Below the pieces are notes generated by a model that did no database searches, was not told where the DNA came from, and worked only from the letters and a program-made list of their open reading frames with translations. Made by a program: the position numbers and the translations under genes. DNA of 64,000 nt, from positions 203,082 through 267,081 of the forward strand of contig JAZRBB010000003.1 in assembly GCA_045634865.1 (NCBI GenBank). Direction: 5' to 3'. Origin of the DNA: Candidatus Enterousia sp. GTDB lineage: Bacteria; Pseudomonadota; Alphaproteobacteria; Rs-D84. Numbering within the stretch: the first letter of the stretch is position 1; each line of letters begins with the position of its first letter. Below are positions 9,167 through 19,196 of the stretch, one piece after another.

Positions 9167-9531
9167 GCATGACTTATGAACAAATAAAGCATACTTTGTC
9201 ATTGATTCAAAATCCCATAGACAGGTTGGATATGGTTATGGATTTAGGTAAGACTTTGACAAAGGTCCCAGATTCTGCTGTATGCACAGAAATCTTGGGG
9301 TGCACTTCGTTTGTTCAGATATGTCGTGATGGAAATCGTTTTTATGGTGTTGCTGATTCGGCAATGGTCAGGGGTATTGTGGCAATAATACTGGCTATGG
9401 TTGATGGCAAAAGTGTGGAAGAAATAAAAAAGTTAGATATTATGGGCGAATTTCAACAACTGAATCTGAATTTTGGTGCGTCCAGATTAAATGGCATTCA
9501 ATCTATGATTAATTTTTTCAATAATTTGTGA
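9160..9531 (+). CDS. sufE: Cysteine desulfuration protein SufE
   Basis: 123 aa. The motif ILGCTSFVQI matches the SufE active-site Cys region. Overlaps the upstream gene. Confidence 0.65.
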   Translation: MVSMTYEQIKHTLSLIQNPIDRLDMVMDLGKTLTKVPDSAVCTEILGCTSFVQICRDGNRFYGVADSAMVRGIVAIILAMVDGKSVEEIKKLDIMGEFQQLNLNFGASRLNGIQSMINFFNNL

Positions 9532-9565
9532 TAAAATGCACAAGTAAAGAAGGGAAGGGTTATTT

Positions 9566-9856
9566 ATGCGTGATGATGAAAAAATGTTTAATTTGGGACT
9601 TTGTATGCTTGTCGGCGTTGTATGCCTGATAGTGTTTTTGCAGGTCTGTTATCGTGTGCAAAACAATAACTTGGCATATATTCGTAGCACTATGGACGAT
9701 GTTAAGTATGAATATGCCGTGGCAGAAACCAAGTTTTCTAATTTATCTTCGGGTGAAACCTTACGCAGAAAAGTTGTTGAAACACGTCCAAATGTTGAAA
9801 CTGTTTCGTATAGTAAGACAATTCACATAAACGATATACCAATGGCGACAGAATGA
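9566..9856 (+). CDS. ftsL: FtsL-like cell-division protein (single TM segment + coiled coil)
   Basis: 96 aa with TM segment LCMLVGVVCLIVFLQV. Sits immediately upstream of ftsI with a 4-nt overlap, the typical dcw-cluster position. Confidence 0.4.
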   Translation: MRDDEKMFNLGLCMLVGVVCLIVFLQVCYRVQNNNLAYIRSTMDDVKYEYAVAETKFSNLSSGETLRRKVVETRPNVETVSYSKTIHINDIPMATE

Positions 9857-11511
9857 AGTTTGACATAGGGCATGATATTTTACCACATGAATACAAAGGC
9901 ACGGTGTATAACAATGACTGTGTGGGTCGGTTGCGTTTTTTGCGCGGGGCTTTCATTTTTGTTTTTTCTGTTTTTATATTACGGACTGTACAATTAGGCT
10001 TGCAAAGCACTATGATACAGCACAATGGCGTCAAAGGTGGCGAAATTGAACGTCGTGCCGACATTGTTGACAGAAACGGTGTTGTTTTGGCAAAAAGTGT
10101 TAAATCTGGCAATATTAAATTGTATCCGCCCAGGGTCAAAGAAAAATACATAAACGATGTTGCGCGCGTAATTCATGAAGTTGCGCCTATGGATTACGGT
10201 GTAAATGATGCATTGAATTTGATTCGTTCTGGGAAAAGTGGTGTATACGTAAAAAAATATGCTAATGAAGAGCAAATTAAAACTATCAAAGAGGCTAACA
10301 ATAAATATGATTGTTTTGAAGTGGAACAATTTACAACACGTCGTTATCCGCAACGAAATGTTTTTGCACATGTCGTGGGTTTTACGGGCAAAGATGGTGG
10401 GCTGGAGGGTTTGGAAGCGGTATATGATAAATATCTTACTGAAAACAAAGATCCATTGCGCTTGTCCATAGATTCACGTGTACAAAATATTTTCCATGAA
10501 CAGTTAAGTTTGGCTTTGGAAAAATATCAGGCTAAATCTGCATTGGGAATGTTGATGAACTCTACTACTGGTGAAATGTTGGCGATGGTTCAATTGCCAG
10601 ATTTTGATCCGAATAATATAAGTTCTGCACCTGTGCAAACGCGTCGTTTCAAATTGTTGCGCGATAATTTTACAATGGGTTCTGTGTTCAAGATATTTAA
10701 TACGGTTTTAGCATACGAAAATGGTTTGCAAGACAAAGAATACAAGGTTAATGAACCAGTTATGATTTATGATAAATATGGACGACCAGCGCTGCCAAAA
10801 CCAATTGATGATGTTTCTTCATTTAAACGAGATGTTGTAAAGAAGTTGGGTTTGACTAAATTGAAAGCGCCAGATATTATGCTGTATTCGTGTAATGTTG
10901 GCAGTGCCAGAATAGCATTGGAGTTACCAGATGGGGCACAGAAAGAATTTTTTCACAGATTGAATTTGGATAGACCGTTGAGTTTAGAGTTTGGTAAAAC
11001 AGAAAATACTTTGATGCACAAAGTATGGCGTGATACAGAAAAGGCAACAGCTGGGTTTGGACATGGGATTGCTGTGACGCCTATGCATTTATTATTGGCT
11101 GTCAATGCGGTTACAAATGGTGGGTTTTATATATATCCGACATTGTTAAAACGCAGTATAGGTGCTGTGCGTGGCGAACGTGTTGTGGATTCTGAGATAT
11201 CTGCAAATATACGTCAAATAATGTTTCAGATAGCAGAGAAAACAACCGCAAAACGTGCGCGTGTTAAGGGTATAGATATAGGTGGTAAAACAGGAACTGC
11301 AGAAAAACACATCAATGGCAAAATTGATAAGACCAAAAATGTTGCTGTGTTTACTGGTGTATTCCCTGTATCTGCACCGCAATATGCGATATTGGTTATA
11401 CTGGACGAACCGAAAGCGACGAAAGAGACAGGGATGTGGCGTACCTCGTCATTAAATGCTGTGCCGACAGCTGGTGCAATACTTGATGGAATCATGCCAT
11501 TGCTATTTTAA
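9853..11511 (+). CDS. ftsI: Peptidoglycan D,D-transpeptidase FtsI (PBP3)
   Basis: 552 aa with N-terminal TM segment. Contains a PBP dimerization domain and a transpeptidase domain with SVFK (SxxK), SxN and KTGT motifs. Confidence 0.8.
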   Translation: MKFDIGHDILPHEYKGTVYNNDCVGRLRFLRGAFIFVFSVFILRTVQLGLQSTMIQHNGVKGGEIERRADIVDRNGVVLAKSVKSGNIKLYPPRVKEKYINDVARVIHEVAPMDYGVNDALNLIRSGKSGVYVKKYANEEQIKTIKEANNKYDCFEVEQFTTRRYPQRNVFAHVVGFTGKDGGLEGLEAVYDKYLTENKDPLRLSIDSRVQNIFHEQLSLALEKYQAKSALGMLMNSTTGEMLAMVQLPDFDPNNISSAPVQTRRFKLLRDNFTMGSVFKIFNTVLAYENGLQDKEYKVNEPVMIYDKYGRPALPKPIDDVSSFKRDVVKKLGLTKLKAPDIMLYSCNVGSARIALELPDGAQKEFFHRLNLDRPLSLEFGKTENTLMHKVWRDTEKATAGFGHGIAVTPMHLLLAVNAVTNGGFYIYPTLLKRSIGAVRGERVVDSEISANIRQIMFQIAEKTTAKRARVKGIDIGGKTGTAEKHINGKIDKTKNVAVFTGVFPVSAPQYAILVILDEPKATKETGMWRTSSLNAVPTAGAILDGIMPLLF

Positions 11512-11558
11512 TATTTTTAGGTTATAATAGTACTGATAATAAGAAAAAAGAGTGAAGC

Positions 11559-13310
11559 GTGAGAAAGATAGTAGAAAAATCCATGCTGGGGAAGGTGTGG
11601 ACCATATCGGATGATATTTGTAAGCAAATTGATTCAAATGATACACAGGCACTGATTAAAAGCATTCTGCAATCTCGTGGTGTCATACAAGATGATGATA
11701 TAGCAAGGTTTCTGAATCCATCTATCAAAGAGTATATGCCAGATCCGTTTGTGTTACGTGATACGGACAAGGCTGTGTCTGTTATAGCTGATGCGATTTG
11801 TGCTGGGGATAAGATTGCAATATATGGTGATTACGATGTTGATGGTATAACTGCTACTGCGATTTTTGTTAAATATCTCAAAACATTGGGTTGTGATGTA
11901 TCTTGGCATTTACCAACACGCGAAGGCGAAGGGTATGGGTTGAATATAAATGCCATAGAAAAAATTGCAGAAAGTGGTGTAAATTTATTGATTACTGTCG
12001 ATTGTGGTATCAGCGGTGTGGTAGAGGTTGCGCGTGCAAAAGAATTGGGGCTGAAAGTTGTTGTCACAGATCATCATTCGCCCGATGTTGTTTTGCCAAA
12101 TGCAGATGCTGTGGTAAATCCAAAACGTAGCGATGACACTTCTGGGTTAAGTTTTTTGGCTGGTGTGGGGGTTGCGTTTCTAACTTTGGTCGCGTTAAAT
12201 CGTGAATTGAAAAACAGACAATTTTTTAATGAAGAGATTAAAATAAATTTATTAAATTATATGGATTTGGTCGCTTTGGGAACAATTTGTGATACGATGC
12301 CATTAATTGGTTTGAATCGTGCTTTTGTGTCTACTGGCTTGAAAGTTATGGGCTTGCGTCAAAATCTTGGGTTAAAGACATTGATGGATTTAGCTGGTAT
12401 AAAGCATCCATCTGTGTACGCGGCTGGTTTCGCTTTGGGACCACGATTAAATGCAGCAGGGCGTTTGGATTCTGCTGGGCCAGCTTTGGAATTGTTGTTG
12501 ACAGATAATCCACTGATTGCGAATGACTTGGCAAATAAACTTCATAAAATGAATCAAGAACGGATTGATATTCAAAACGCCATAATGATTGATGCTGCAG
12601 AAAAGGCAGATTATTGCTGTAAAGATGGCAAGTGCAGCTTATTTGTTTGTGGGGATAATTGGCATGGCGGTGTTATGGGGATTATCGCTGGGCGACTGAA
12701 AGATAAATATAATTTACCAACTTGTGTGGCTACACGTTGTGATGGGGTTATAAATGGATCTGGACGATCAATCCCAGAAGTTGATTTGGGTAAAATTATT
12801 CATGATGCGCTGGCTGCAGGTATTTTATCCGAAGGTGGTGGTCATGCAGCAGCGGCAGGTTTTACATTGAACGTTGACAAAGAACAAGATTTTTGTTCTT
12901 TCTTGGAACAAGCTGTACAAAAGCAGTTAAACGGTGTGTGTCCGGTGCCAGAAATATATGTTGATGCAGAATTAGATGCCAGTGGTGCAAATATGCAATT
13001 GGTTGAAAAATTGTCCGATTTGGCACCATTTGGACAATGTAACCCAGAACCAACATTGGTTTTACATGGTGCTGTTCTGAAATATGCTACTGTTATGGGC
13101 AAAGGGGCACATTTGCGTGGGGTTGTAAAGACCAGTAATGGTAACCAATTGGCTTTTGTTGGGTTTAATTTGGTTGGGACACCTGTGGGTGATTTTTTGC
13201 TGGACGAAGCGAATACAAACACTAAAATAGTAATGTTGGGTAAACTGAAAGAAAATGAATACAATGGTCGTGTATGTGCGCAGTTTACTTTGGAAGATAT
13301 GACAGTATGA
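11559..13310 (+). CDS. recJ: Single-stranded-DNA-specific exonuclease RecJ
   Basis: 583 aa. DHH motif (VTDHHSP), DHHA1 domain (GGGHAAAAG) and C-terminal OB-fold region. Confidence 0.85.
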   Translation: MRKIVEKSMLGKVWTISDDICKQIDSNDTQALIKSILQSRGVIQDDDIARFLNPSIKEYMPDPFVLRDTDKAVSVIADAICAGDKIAIYGDYDVDGITATAIFVKYLKTLGCDVSWHLPTREGEGYGLNINAIEKIAESGVNLLITVDCGISGVVEVARAKELGLKVVVTDHHSPDVVLPNADAVVNPKRSDDTSGLSFLAGVGVAFLTLVALNRELKNRQFFNEEIKINLLNYMDLVALGTICDTMPLIGLNRAFVSTGLKVMGLRQNLGLKTLMDLAGIKHPSVYAAGFALGPRLNAAGRLDSAGPALELLLTDNPLIANDLANKLHKMNQERIDIQNAIMIDAAEKADYCCKDGKCSLFVCGDNWHGGVMGIIAGRLKDKYNLPTCVATRCDGVINGSGRSIPEVDLGKIIHDALAAGILSEGGGHAAAAGFTLNVDKEQDFCSFLEQAVQKQLNGVCPVPEIYVDAELDASGANMQLVEKLSDLAPFGQCNPEPTLVLHGAVLKYATVMGKGAHLRGVVKTSNGNQLAFVGFNLVGTPVGDFLLDEANTNTKIVMLGKLKENEYNGRVCAQFTLEDMTV

Positions 13311-14257
13311 ATGATAAAATAAAACTTTTGATAGACAAGATTACAAACGCAAAATCAATTGCTATATCTGGGCATAAAAACCCAGATGGTGATTCTTTGT
13401 GTTCTGCGCTGGCTTTGATGAGAATTATAGAGTTGAATTTCAATAAAACGGCTACGGTTATTTATGATGGTAATATACCAAAAGAACTGGATAGGGTTCC
13501 TTTGCGGGATCAGGCTTGTTTTCATATGCATTTACCAGAAGATGCAAAATATGATTTATATATATTGGTTGATTATGGGACACGTATGCACCTAGGGGGG
13601 GCAGAGCGCTTTGTTAATAATGCGGATTTTGTTATAGAATTTGATCATCATTTTAATGAAGATGTTGTTGGTAGTTTGTGCTTTGATGATACTGAGAAAG
13701 CAGCAGCAACACAGGTTATATATGAAGTTGCAAAGACGGCAAAATTTGATATTGATCAAGATGTCATAGATCTCATTACTTTGGGAATCATCACAGATAC
13801 TGGTAATTTCAAGTTTGTACGCAGTGGTGTGGTTTTGAGAGATGCTGCAGAATTGGTTGATAAGGGTGCAGACATGCTACACCTCGTTAACTTGTTGAAT
13901 AATAAAAGCAGGAAGACTGTGTTGGTTGAATCAGAAACAGTTGCCAAGGCAGAATTTTTTATGCGCGGACGTTTAGCAATTGCAGCGATAAGACAGCCAG
14001 ATTATAAAAGACTCGACGGTCGTGGTGAATTAGTGTTGGGTTTGTTGGGGCAAATTCATGGTGTAGAATTTGTTGTGCTGTTGAAAGAACAAAAAGAAAA
14101 TCAAATTGGAATTTCTATACGCAGTAGACATATACCAATAAATCAAATAGCAGAATCTTTGGGGGGCGGTGGCCATATGTGTGCGGCTGGTGCTGTCGTA
14201 TACGACAGTTTCGAAACTGTTAAGGCGAAAGTTATAAATGCGTTCAAGGGGATGTAG
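13307..14257 (+). CDS. DHH-family phosphoesterase (NrnA-like oligoribonuclease/pAp phosphatase)
   Basis: Motifs ISGHKNPDGDSLCSALAL, a DHH region (FDHHFN) and GGGHMCAAGA (DHHA1). Start taken at MNDKIK, which overlaps the recJ stop (gtATGAatg). Confidence 0.7.
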   Translation: MNDKIKLLIDKITNAKSIAISGHKNPDGDSLCSALALMRIIELNFNKTATVIYDGNIPKELDRVPLRDQACFHMHLPEDAKYDLYILVDYGTRMHLGGAERFVNNADFVIEFDHHFNEDVVGSLCFDDTEKAAATQVIYEVAKTAKFDIDQDVIDLITLGIITDTGNFKFVRSGVVLRDAAELVDKGADMLHLVNLLNNKSRKTVLVESETVAKAEFFMRGRLAIAAIRQPDYKRLDGRGELVLGLLGQIHGVEFVVLLKEQKENQIGISIRSRHIPINQIAESLGGGGHMCAAGAVVYDSFETVKAKVINAFKGM

Positions 14258-14261
14258 AATG

Positions 14262-14873
14262 AAAAAAATATTTGCAATATTATTTGGTGTGTTTATTTGT
14301 TTTTCTGGCTATGCGGCTGTGGACAAGGCTTTGGTGCAAAACGCAGAAAAATACTTGAATTCTATTGGTGGTTTGCAAGGGAATTTTACACAAAGTGCAA
14401 ACGGTAAGGCAGAGCAGGGTTTGTTTTCCATGTTGCGTCCTGGACGTGTAAGACTGGATTATAAAAATGCACCCATTCAATTAATTGCAGACGGTAAAGA
14501 TTTATATTTTTATGATAAGTCTTTGGATCAAATAACAACTGTTCCATTAACCAGTACACCTGCGGGGATTTTAGTTCGCAAGAAAATTGATTTGCAAAAT
14601 GCTGATATAAATGTATCTGAAACAGCAAGCGATAAAAATACATTTACGTTAAAGATGAATTTGCGGGACCAGGAAGGTTTGGGCTATATGTCCGTTGTGT
14701 TTAATAAATCGCCGATTAAATTGAATTCTTGGTCTGTAGTTGATGCAACAGGAAATCAGACTGATGTTGTGTTCAGTAATCTGAAACCAAAATCAGATTT
14801 TGGTAAAAATTATTTTCAGTTAGCACGTCATAAAACGGTCAGCACAAACGGTGGTGATGATTTTTATGATTAA
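14262..14873 (+). CDS. lolA: Outer-membrane lipoprotein carrier LolA
   Basis: Signal peptide MKKIFAILFGVFICFSGYAAV. Matches the LolA family in length and pattern (LQGNFTQ..., PGRVRLDY). The ORF track starts 8 codons upstream. Confidence 0.65.
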   Translation, partial: KKIFAILFGVFICFSGYAAVDKALVQNAEKYLNSIGGLQGNFTQSANGKAEQGLFSMLRPGRVRLDYKNAPIQLIADGKDLYFYDKSLDQITTVPLTSTPAGILVRKKIDLQNADINVSETASDKNTFTLKMNLRDQEGLGYMSVVFNKSPIKLNSWSVVDATGNQTDVVFSNLKPKSDFGKNYFQLARHKTVSTNGGDDFYD

Positions 14874-14884
14874 AATATAAAGAT

Positions 14885-15172
14885 ATGTTTGGAATCAGTT
14901 GGACTGAATTTTTAGTGATTATTTTGGTCGCAATCTGTGTTGTGCCTGTGAAAGATTGGCCAAATGTGGCACGTTTCTTTGGACGCGTTTTCAAGTGGAT
15001 TCGGAATTTAGTTTGGAAAATAACAGATGTTTCTGAACAAATTCAACAACGTATAGATTTAGAAAAGCCCATAGATGATTTAATTGAAAATGCAACAAAC
15101 GATATGTTTTCTGCTGTAAAGCCAATAAAAAAGAAAAAAACTGTTAAAAGAAAAAAGATTTATAAAAAATGA
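14885..15172 (+). CDS. tatB: Sec-independent translocase TatB
   Basis: 95 aa with N-terminal MFGISWTEFLVIILVAICVVP followed by an amphipathic helix. Immediately precedes tatC. Confidence 0.6.
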   Translation: MFGISWTEFLVIILVAICVVPVKDWPNVARFFGRVFKWIRNLVWKITDVSEQIQQRIDLEKPIDDLIENATNDMFSAVKPIKKKKTVKRKKIYKK

Positions 15173-15876
15173 AAATGACATTGATGCAACATTTTGCTGA
15201 ATTACGGCGCAGAATATTATGGACTGCATTAGTGTTTGTTTTTTCTTTTGGCTTGGGTTGGCTTGTTGCGCCGTATACAGAGTTATTTCTGATAAAACCG
15301 CTGATGAATATATGGAATGACGCTACATTGATTTATACACGATTATCTGATGGTTTGATGATACGTTTTTCTTTGGCGACTTTGGCGGCGTTGATTATAA
15401 CAATACCTGTGCTGATGTGGCATATATGGGCATATGTTGCGCCTGGCCTGCATAAAAATGAAAAGCAGTTGTTATTGCCGATATTTTTATTGTCACCAAT
15501 ATTGTTTGTTTGTGGCGCTGCATTTGCATTTTATGTTTTGTTCCCATTTGTATTCAAATTCTTTCTGGAAATCAGTAAAACAACAAATGTACCAACAGTC
15601 TTGTTGCCTGCTGTTAAAAGTTATTTAGGTTTTGCAATAGATTTGTTAAAGGTGTTTGGCTTGGCTTTTCAGTTGCCTTTGGTACTAATTGCTCTGAACA
15701 AGGTTGGGGTATTATCAAAACAGACTGCAACCAAATGTCGTAAATATGTGATTGTTTGCATTTTTGTTATGGCGGCTGTTTTAACGCCACCGGATATTGT
15801 GTCCCAGATTTTGCTGGCAGTTCCAATGTGGTTGTTGTTTGAAATCAGTTTGTTATTTATGAATAAAGATTCTTAA
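15169..15876 (+). CDS. tatC: Sec-independent translocase TatC
   Basis: 235 aa with six predicted TM segments. N-terminal HFAELRRRIL is the TatC signature. Confidence 0.85.
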   Translation: MKMTLMQHFAELRRRILWTALVFVFSFGLGWLVAPYTELFLIKPLMNIWNDATLIYTRLSDGLMIRFSLATLAALIITIPVLMWHIWAYVAPGLHKNEKQLLLPIFLLSPILFVCGAAFAFYVLFPFVFKFFLEISKTTNVPTVLLPAVKSYLGFAIDLLKVFGLAFQLPLVLIALNKVGVLSKQTATKCRKYVIVCIFVMAAVLTPPDIVSQILLAVPMWLLFEISLLFMNKDS

Positions 15877-15915
15877 TATTTTTATTTATGCTGATTTTAT
15901 GATATAATTCAGTTT

Positions 15916-17280
15916 GTGATTAAATTGAAACGCGTTTTTTTGTGTTTGACTATCTTGGCAGGTTGCGATTTGCAACCTAAGATATATTCTATTCCAGACA
16001 GTATTGGAATGTTTATCGAAGATAGATTTCCTGCATTGTTAGCAGATCCTGAAACCCAACCCGAAATATATAATTCTGCAGTAACTGATTATGGCGTTTA
16101 TGCATCGCCTGATTTATATGGTTCGTCCAAGGTTGATGATTATGTTATGTATGCAAGTGTTGATGATTATGTTTTGGTTCCAAAATCAGAACAAGATATG
16201 ACACCAATCCCACAAGATAAACAATCAGAAGTCAAAGATGATTATATTGTTGTTCCTGTGTACGGCGGATTTTCTGGGGTTGAAGAAAGGTCTGAATCTA
16301 AAAAAACGCCAACATCAGATGATATAATTGTTGTGGCAAAAGGCGATACTGTATATTCTTTGGCGCGCAAAAACAACATAAGTGTTGAAGAGTTTGCAAA
16401 AATAAATAATCTGAAATCGCCATATACATTATCCATAGGACAAAAGTTGCATACCAAGCCAGAAACAAAAGTTCCAAATGTTATCGCAAAGGAAAAGGTG
16501 ACAGCGGTAAAAACTGTTAAACAAACCGAATCGGTAAAACCAAATAATACGACCAAGGTTGAGGTGCAAGAAATTACAGTTGCAAAAGGTGATACGTTAT
16601 ATTCGATTTCGCGTAAATATCAGATACCAGTAAACGACTTAGCGGTGATGAATAAATTATCTGCACCATTTGCGTTGTCTGTGGGGCAAAAAATCAAAGT
16701 GCCAAAATTGGATGCTGTTCAGACACGTTCGGTTAGTGAAATAAAGCAAATACAAAAAGTGCAACCAAAACAGGCAGAAACTGCGAAAACATCAACTAGT
16801 AAACCTGTTGAGAACACAAAAACTATAAATTCAGAAAATCAACAAAAGACCAAGATTTCGTCAGATCCATCAAAACAGTTACCAAAAATATCTGCTCGTT
16901 CTAATGCAAAATTTTCTTGGCCTGTGCGTGGTAAGATTTTGTCTGGGTATGGTGCAAAGAATAATGGCTTGTTTAATGACGGTATAAATATATCTGCAAC
17001 CCAGGGGACTGATGTCAAGGCGGCAGAAAACGGTGTTGTTGCGTATGCAGGAAATGAAGTCAAGGGTATGGGTAATTTGGTTATTGTTCAACATAGTGAT
17101 GGTTGGATGACAGTATATGCACATATGGATTCTATGGCTGTCAGACGTGGTAATACGGTTTTAGTGGGACAAAGTATTGGTAAAATAGGTATGACAGGCA
17201 AGGTTGATAAACCACAATTACATTTCGAAATACGCAAAGGAACCAAAGCGTATGACCCAGTCGCATATATGAAAAAATAA
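15916..17280 (+). CDS. LysM/M23 murein endopeptidase lipoprotein (NlpD-like)
   Basis: Lipobox LTILAGCD. Two LysM repeats (VVAKGDTVYSLARKNNISVEEFAKINNL; TVAKGDTLYSISRKYQIPVNDLAVMNKL). C-terminal M23 peptidase domain (HSDGWMTVYAHM...PQLHFEIR). Confidence 0.75.
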   Translation: MIKLKRVFLCLTILAGCDLQPKIYSIPDSIGMFIEDRFPALLADPETQPEIYNSAVTDYGVYASPDLYGSSKVDDYVMYASVDDYVLVPKSEQDMTPIPQDKQSEVKDDYIVVPVYGGFSGVEERSESKKTPTSDDIIVVAKGDTVYSLARKNNISVEEFAKINNLKSPYTLSIGQKLHTKPETKVPNVIAKEKVTAVKTVKQTESVKPNNTTKVEVQEITVAKGDTLYSISRKYQIPVNDLAVMNKLSAPFALSVGQKIKVPKLDAVQTRSVSEIKQIQKVQPKQAETAKTSTSKPVENTKTINSENQQKTKISSDPSKQLPKISARSNAKFSWPVRGKILSGYGAKNNGLFNDGINISATQGTDVKAAENGVVAYAGNEVKGMGNLVIVQHSDGWMTVYAHMDSMAVRRGNTVLVGQSIGKIGMTGKVDKPQLHFEIRKGTKAYDPVAYMKK

Positions 17281-17354
17281 AAAAGTTAAAAACAGTATAA
17301 ATGCTTGCTTTTTATGTAAAATAATTTATAATCAGCCAAGATTTGTTCAGTTTT

Positions 17355-17430
17355 GGATGCGTAGCTCAGTTGGTAGAGCAACTGACTCTTAATCAGTGGG
17401 TCCAGGGTTCGAATCCCTGCGCGTCCACCA
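17355..17430 (+). tRNA. tRNA-Lys (anticodon CTT), CCA encoded
   Basis: Acceptor stem GGATGCG/CGCGTCC with one G-U pair. D-arm is AGCTCAGTTGGTAGAGC. Anticodon stem-loop ACTGA-CTCTTAA-TCAGT gives anticodon CTT. T-arm is GGTTCGAATCC. Discriminator A is followed by CCA. Confidence 0.85.
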
Positions 17431-17661
17431 AAAACAATAGACCACCGTTTGGTGGTTTTTGTTTTTGTAGCGCAAGTGGATGAGAATCCCTTTGCAACGT
17501 AGTTGCCAGGTTCGTAAACAAGTAGATTTCACAAGTTATTAACGTAGTGAAATCGTTACGGTTTGCACGTAGGCATTTATGCCGAGTGAATCCCTGCGCG
17601 TCCACCAAAAACAATAGACCACCGTTTGGTGGTTTTTGTTTTTGTAGCGCAACTGGATGAG
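17411..17661. repeat. 74-bp direct repeat (17411-17484 and 17588-17661, 1 mismatch) duplicating the tRNA-Lys 3' end plus its terminator, spaced 177 bp apart
   Basis: GAATCCCTGCGCGTCCACCAAAAACAATAGACCACCGTTTGGTGGTTTTTGTTTTTGTAGCGCAA(G/C)TGGATGAG occurs twice. The 103-bp spacer contains the inverted repeat GATTTCAC...GTGAAATC. Confidence 0.9.
17441..17466 (+). terminator. Rho-independent terminator after tRNA-Lys
   Basis: ACCACC-gttt-GGTGGT hairpin followed by TTTTTGTTTTT. Confidence 0.6.
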
Positions 17662-17703
17662 GTTGTTTAATGGTACCTTGAAAAATGTGTTTTTTGTGCT
17701 TAA

Positions 17704-18399
17704 ATGTGTTGTATGAAAATAATAGATGCACACAGTCATATTGATTATATAACACACAGACTACAACCTGATGTTGTTGGGACTGTTTGTTGTACAACTG
17801 ATGAATCACAATGGCTGGTTTTGATTGATATGGCAAAACAAGATAGTAGAATTTATGCATCTTTTGGTGTTCATCCTTGGTTTGTTGAATCTGTGAATAA
17901 TGATTTCGATAAACGTCTTGAACAACTATTAAATACCGATTCGCATTATATGATTGGTGAAATAGGGTTGGATAAATACAAACAAAATCTAGATAAACAG
18001 ATTGCTGTTTTTATGAAACAGTTTGATTTGGCTGTTAAATTAAAGCGAACAGTGTTTTTACATTGTATTGGTGCTTGGGACAAGATATTACACATATTAA
18101 AACAATATAAACAATCTGAATTGCCAATTATTGTTGCACATGCTTTTAATGCGAATGATGAAATTTTAGAACAACTGTTGCGTTATAATAATATAATGTT
18201 TTCGTTTAATAAAATTAATAGGTGTGGCAAAAACCGCTGTATAGGGCAAATTCCGAATAACAGAATATTGGTTGAATCTGATGGAAAAAGCTATTCTGAT
18301 TTAGTAAAATTAGTTCAACAAATTAGCGAAATTAAAAACGATACCAATATATCCGATATAATATATGATAATACGCAAAGGATTATAAAAAATGGATAG
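17704..18399 (+). CDS. TatD-family metal-dependent hydrolase (DNase)
   Basis: 231 aa. IDAHSHID motif at the N-terminus, FGVHPW, and a conserved Asp-containing ESDG motif near the C-terminus. Confidence 0.75.
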   Translation: MCCMKIIDAHSHIDYITHRLQPDVVGTVCCTTDESQWLVLIDMAKQDSRIYASFGVHPWFVESVNNDFDKRLEQLLNTDSHYMIGEIGLDKYKQNLDKQIAVFMKQFDLAVKLKRTVFLHCIGAWDKILHILKQYKQSELPIIVAHAFNANDEILEQLLRYNNIMFSFNKINRCGKNRCIGQIPNNRILVESDGKSYSDLVKLVQQISEIKNDTNISDIIYDNTQRIIKNG

Positions 18400-19066
18400 A
18401 TTACACAGAATAACTTTATTGTTGGGTGAAAACGCTGTGTCAAAATTGAAACATTCTACAGTAATGATTGTTGGATGTGGGGCCGTTGGTTCTTTTGCTA
18501 TTGAGGCTTTGGCGCGTTCGGGTGTTGGACATTTAATATTGGTTGATTTCGACAGGGTTGAAGAATCTAATATAAATCGTCAATTGTTTGCATTGAATTC
18601 TACAATTGGTCAACCAAAGGTTGAAATCGCAAAACAGCGTATTTATGATATCAATCCAGATATAGTTGTTGATGCATATGACATGTTTTTTGATGAAAAT
18701 AATGCACCAAATGTTAGACCTGATTTTGTTATAGATGCCATAGATACTGTGCAATCTAAAATCGCGTTATATAAATGGTGTGCCAATAATAATATTTCTT
18801 TTATTTCAAGTATGGGGGCAGCGCGTAAAACTGATATATCAAAGATAAAAGTTGCAAATATATCAAAAACATCTGTGTGTCCATTGGCATCAAAAATACG
18901 TAGTCAAATTCGAGGATTAAATCTTCCAGATTTTCCAACTGTATATTCGACAGAGTTTGCCACCACGCAAGAAAATGGTGGACGTGAATTTGGTTCAATT
19001 ATAACTGTGACAGGTGCATTTGGATTAACATTGGCAGATTTTGTTATTAAAAAGTTAATACAATAA
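18392..19066 (+). CDS. tcdA: tRNA threonylcarbamoyladenosine dehydratase (TcdA/CsdL, ThiF/MoeB E1-like)
   Basis: Rossmann motif VMIVGCGAVGSFAIEALARSGVGHLILVDFDRVEESNINRQ. Length is typical of TcdA. Confidence 0.75.
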   Translation: MDRLHRITLLLGENAVSKLKHSTVMIVGCGAVGSFAIEALARSGVGHLILVDFDRVEESNINRQLFALNSTIGQPKVEIAKQRIYDINPDIVVDAYDMFFDENNAPNVRPDFVIDAIDTVQSKIALYKWCANNNISFISSMGAARKTDISKIKVANISKTSVCPLASKIRSQIRGLNLPDFPTVYSTEFATTQENGGREFGSIITVTGAFGLTLADFVIKKLIQ

Positions 19067-19196
19067 AAATCTTTCTATACAGTACATTTCTTGGCTTTTA
19101 AGATTATTGTCCTATGCATACATGCCTATGCAAATGTGTTTTGTTGTCTGATAGAATGTAATTGTTGAGATTAATCAGCAACAAAAGGAGAAACTT

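Noticed and set aside
17393-17860. Minus-strand ORF (155 aa) with an internally duplicated peptide HPLALQKQKPPNGGLLFLVDAQGF
   Set aside because: It is the antisense translation of the duplicated tRNA-Lys 3' end and terminator repeat, and it overlaps the tRNA. Not a real gene.
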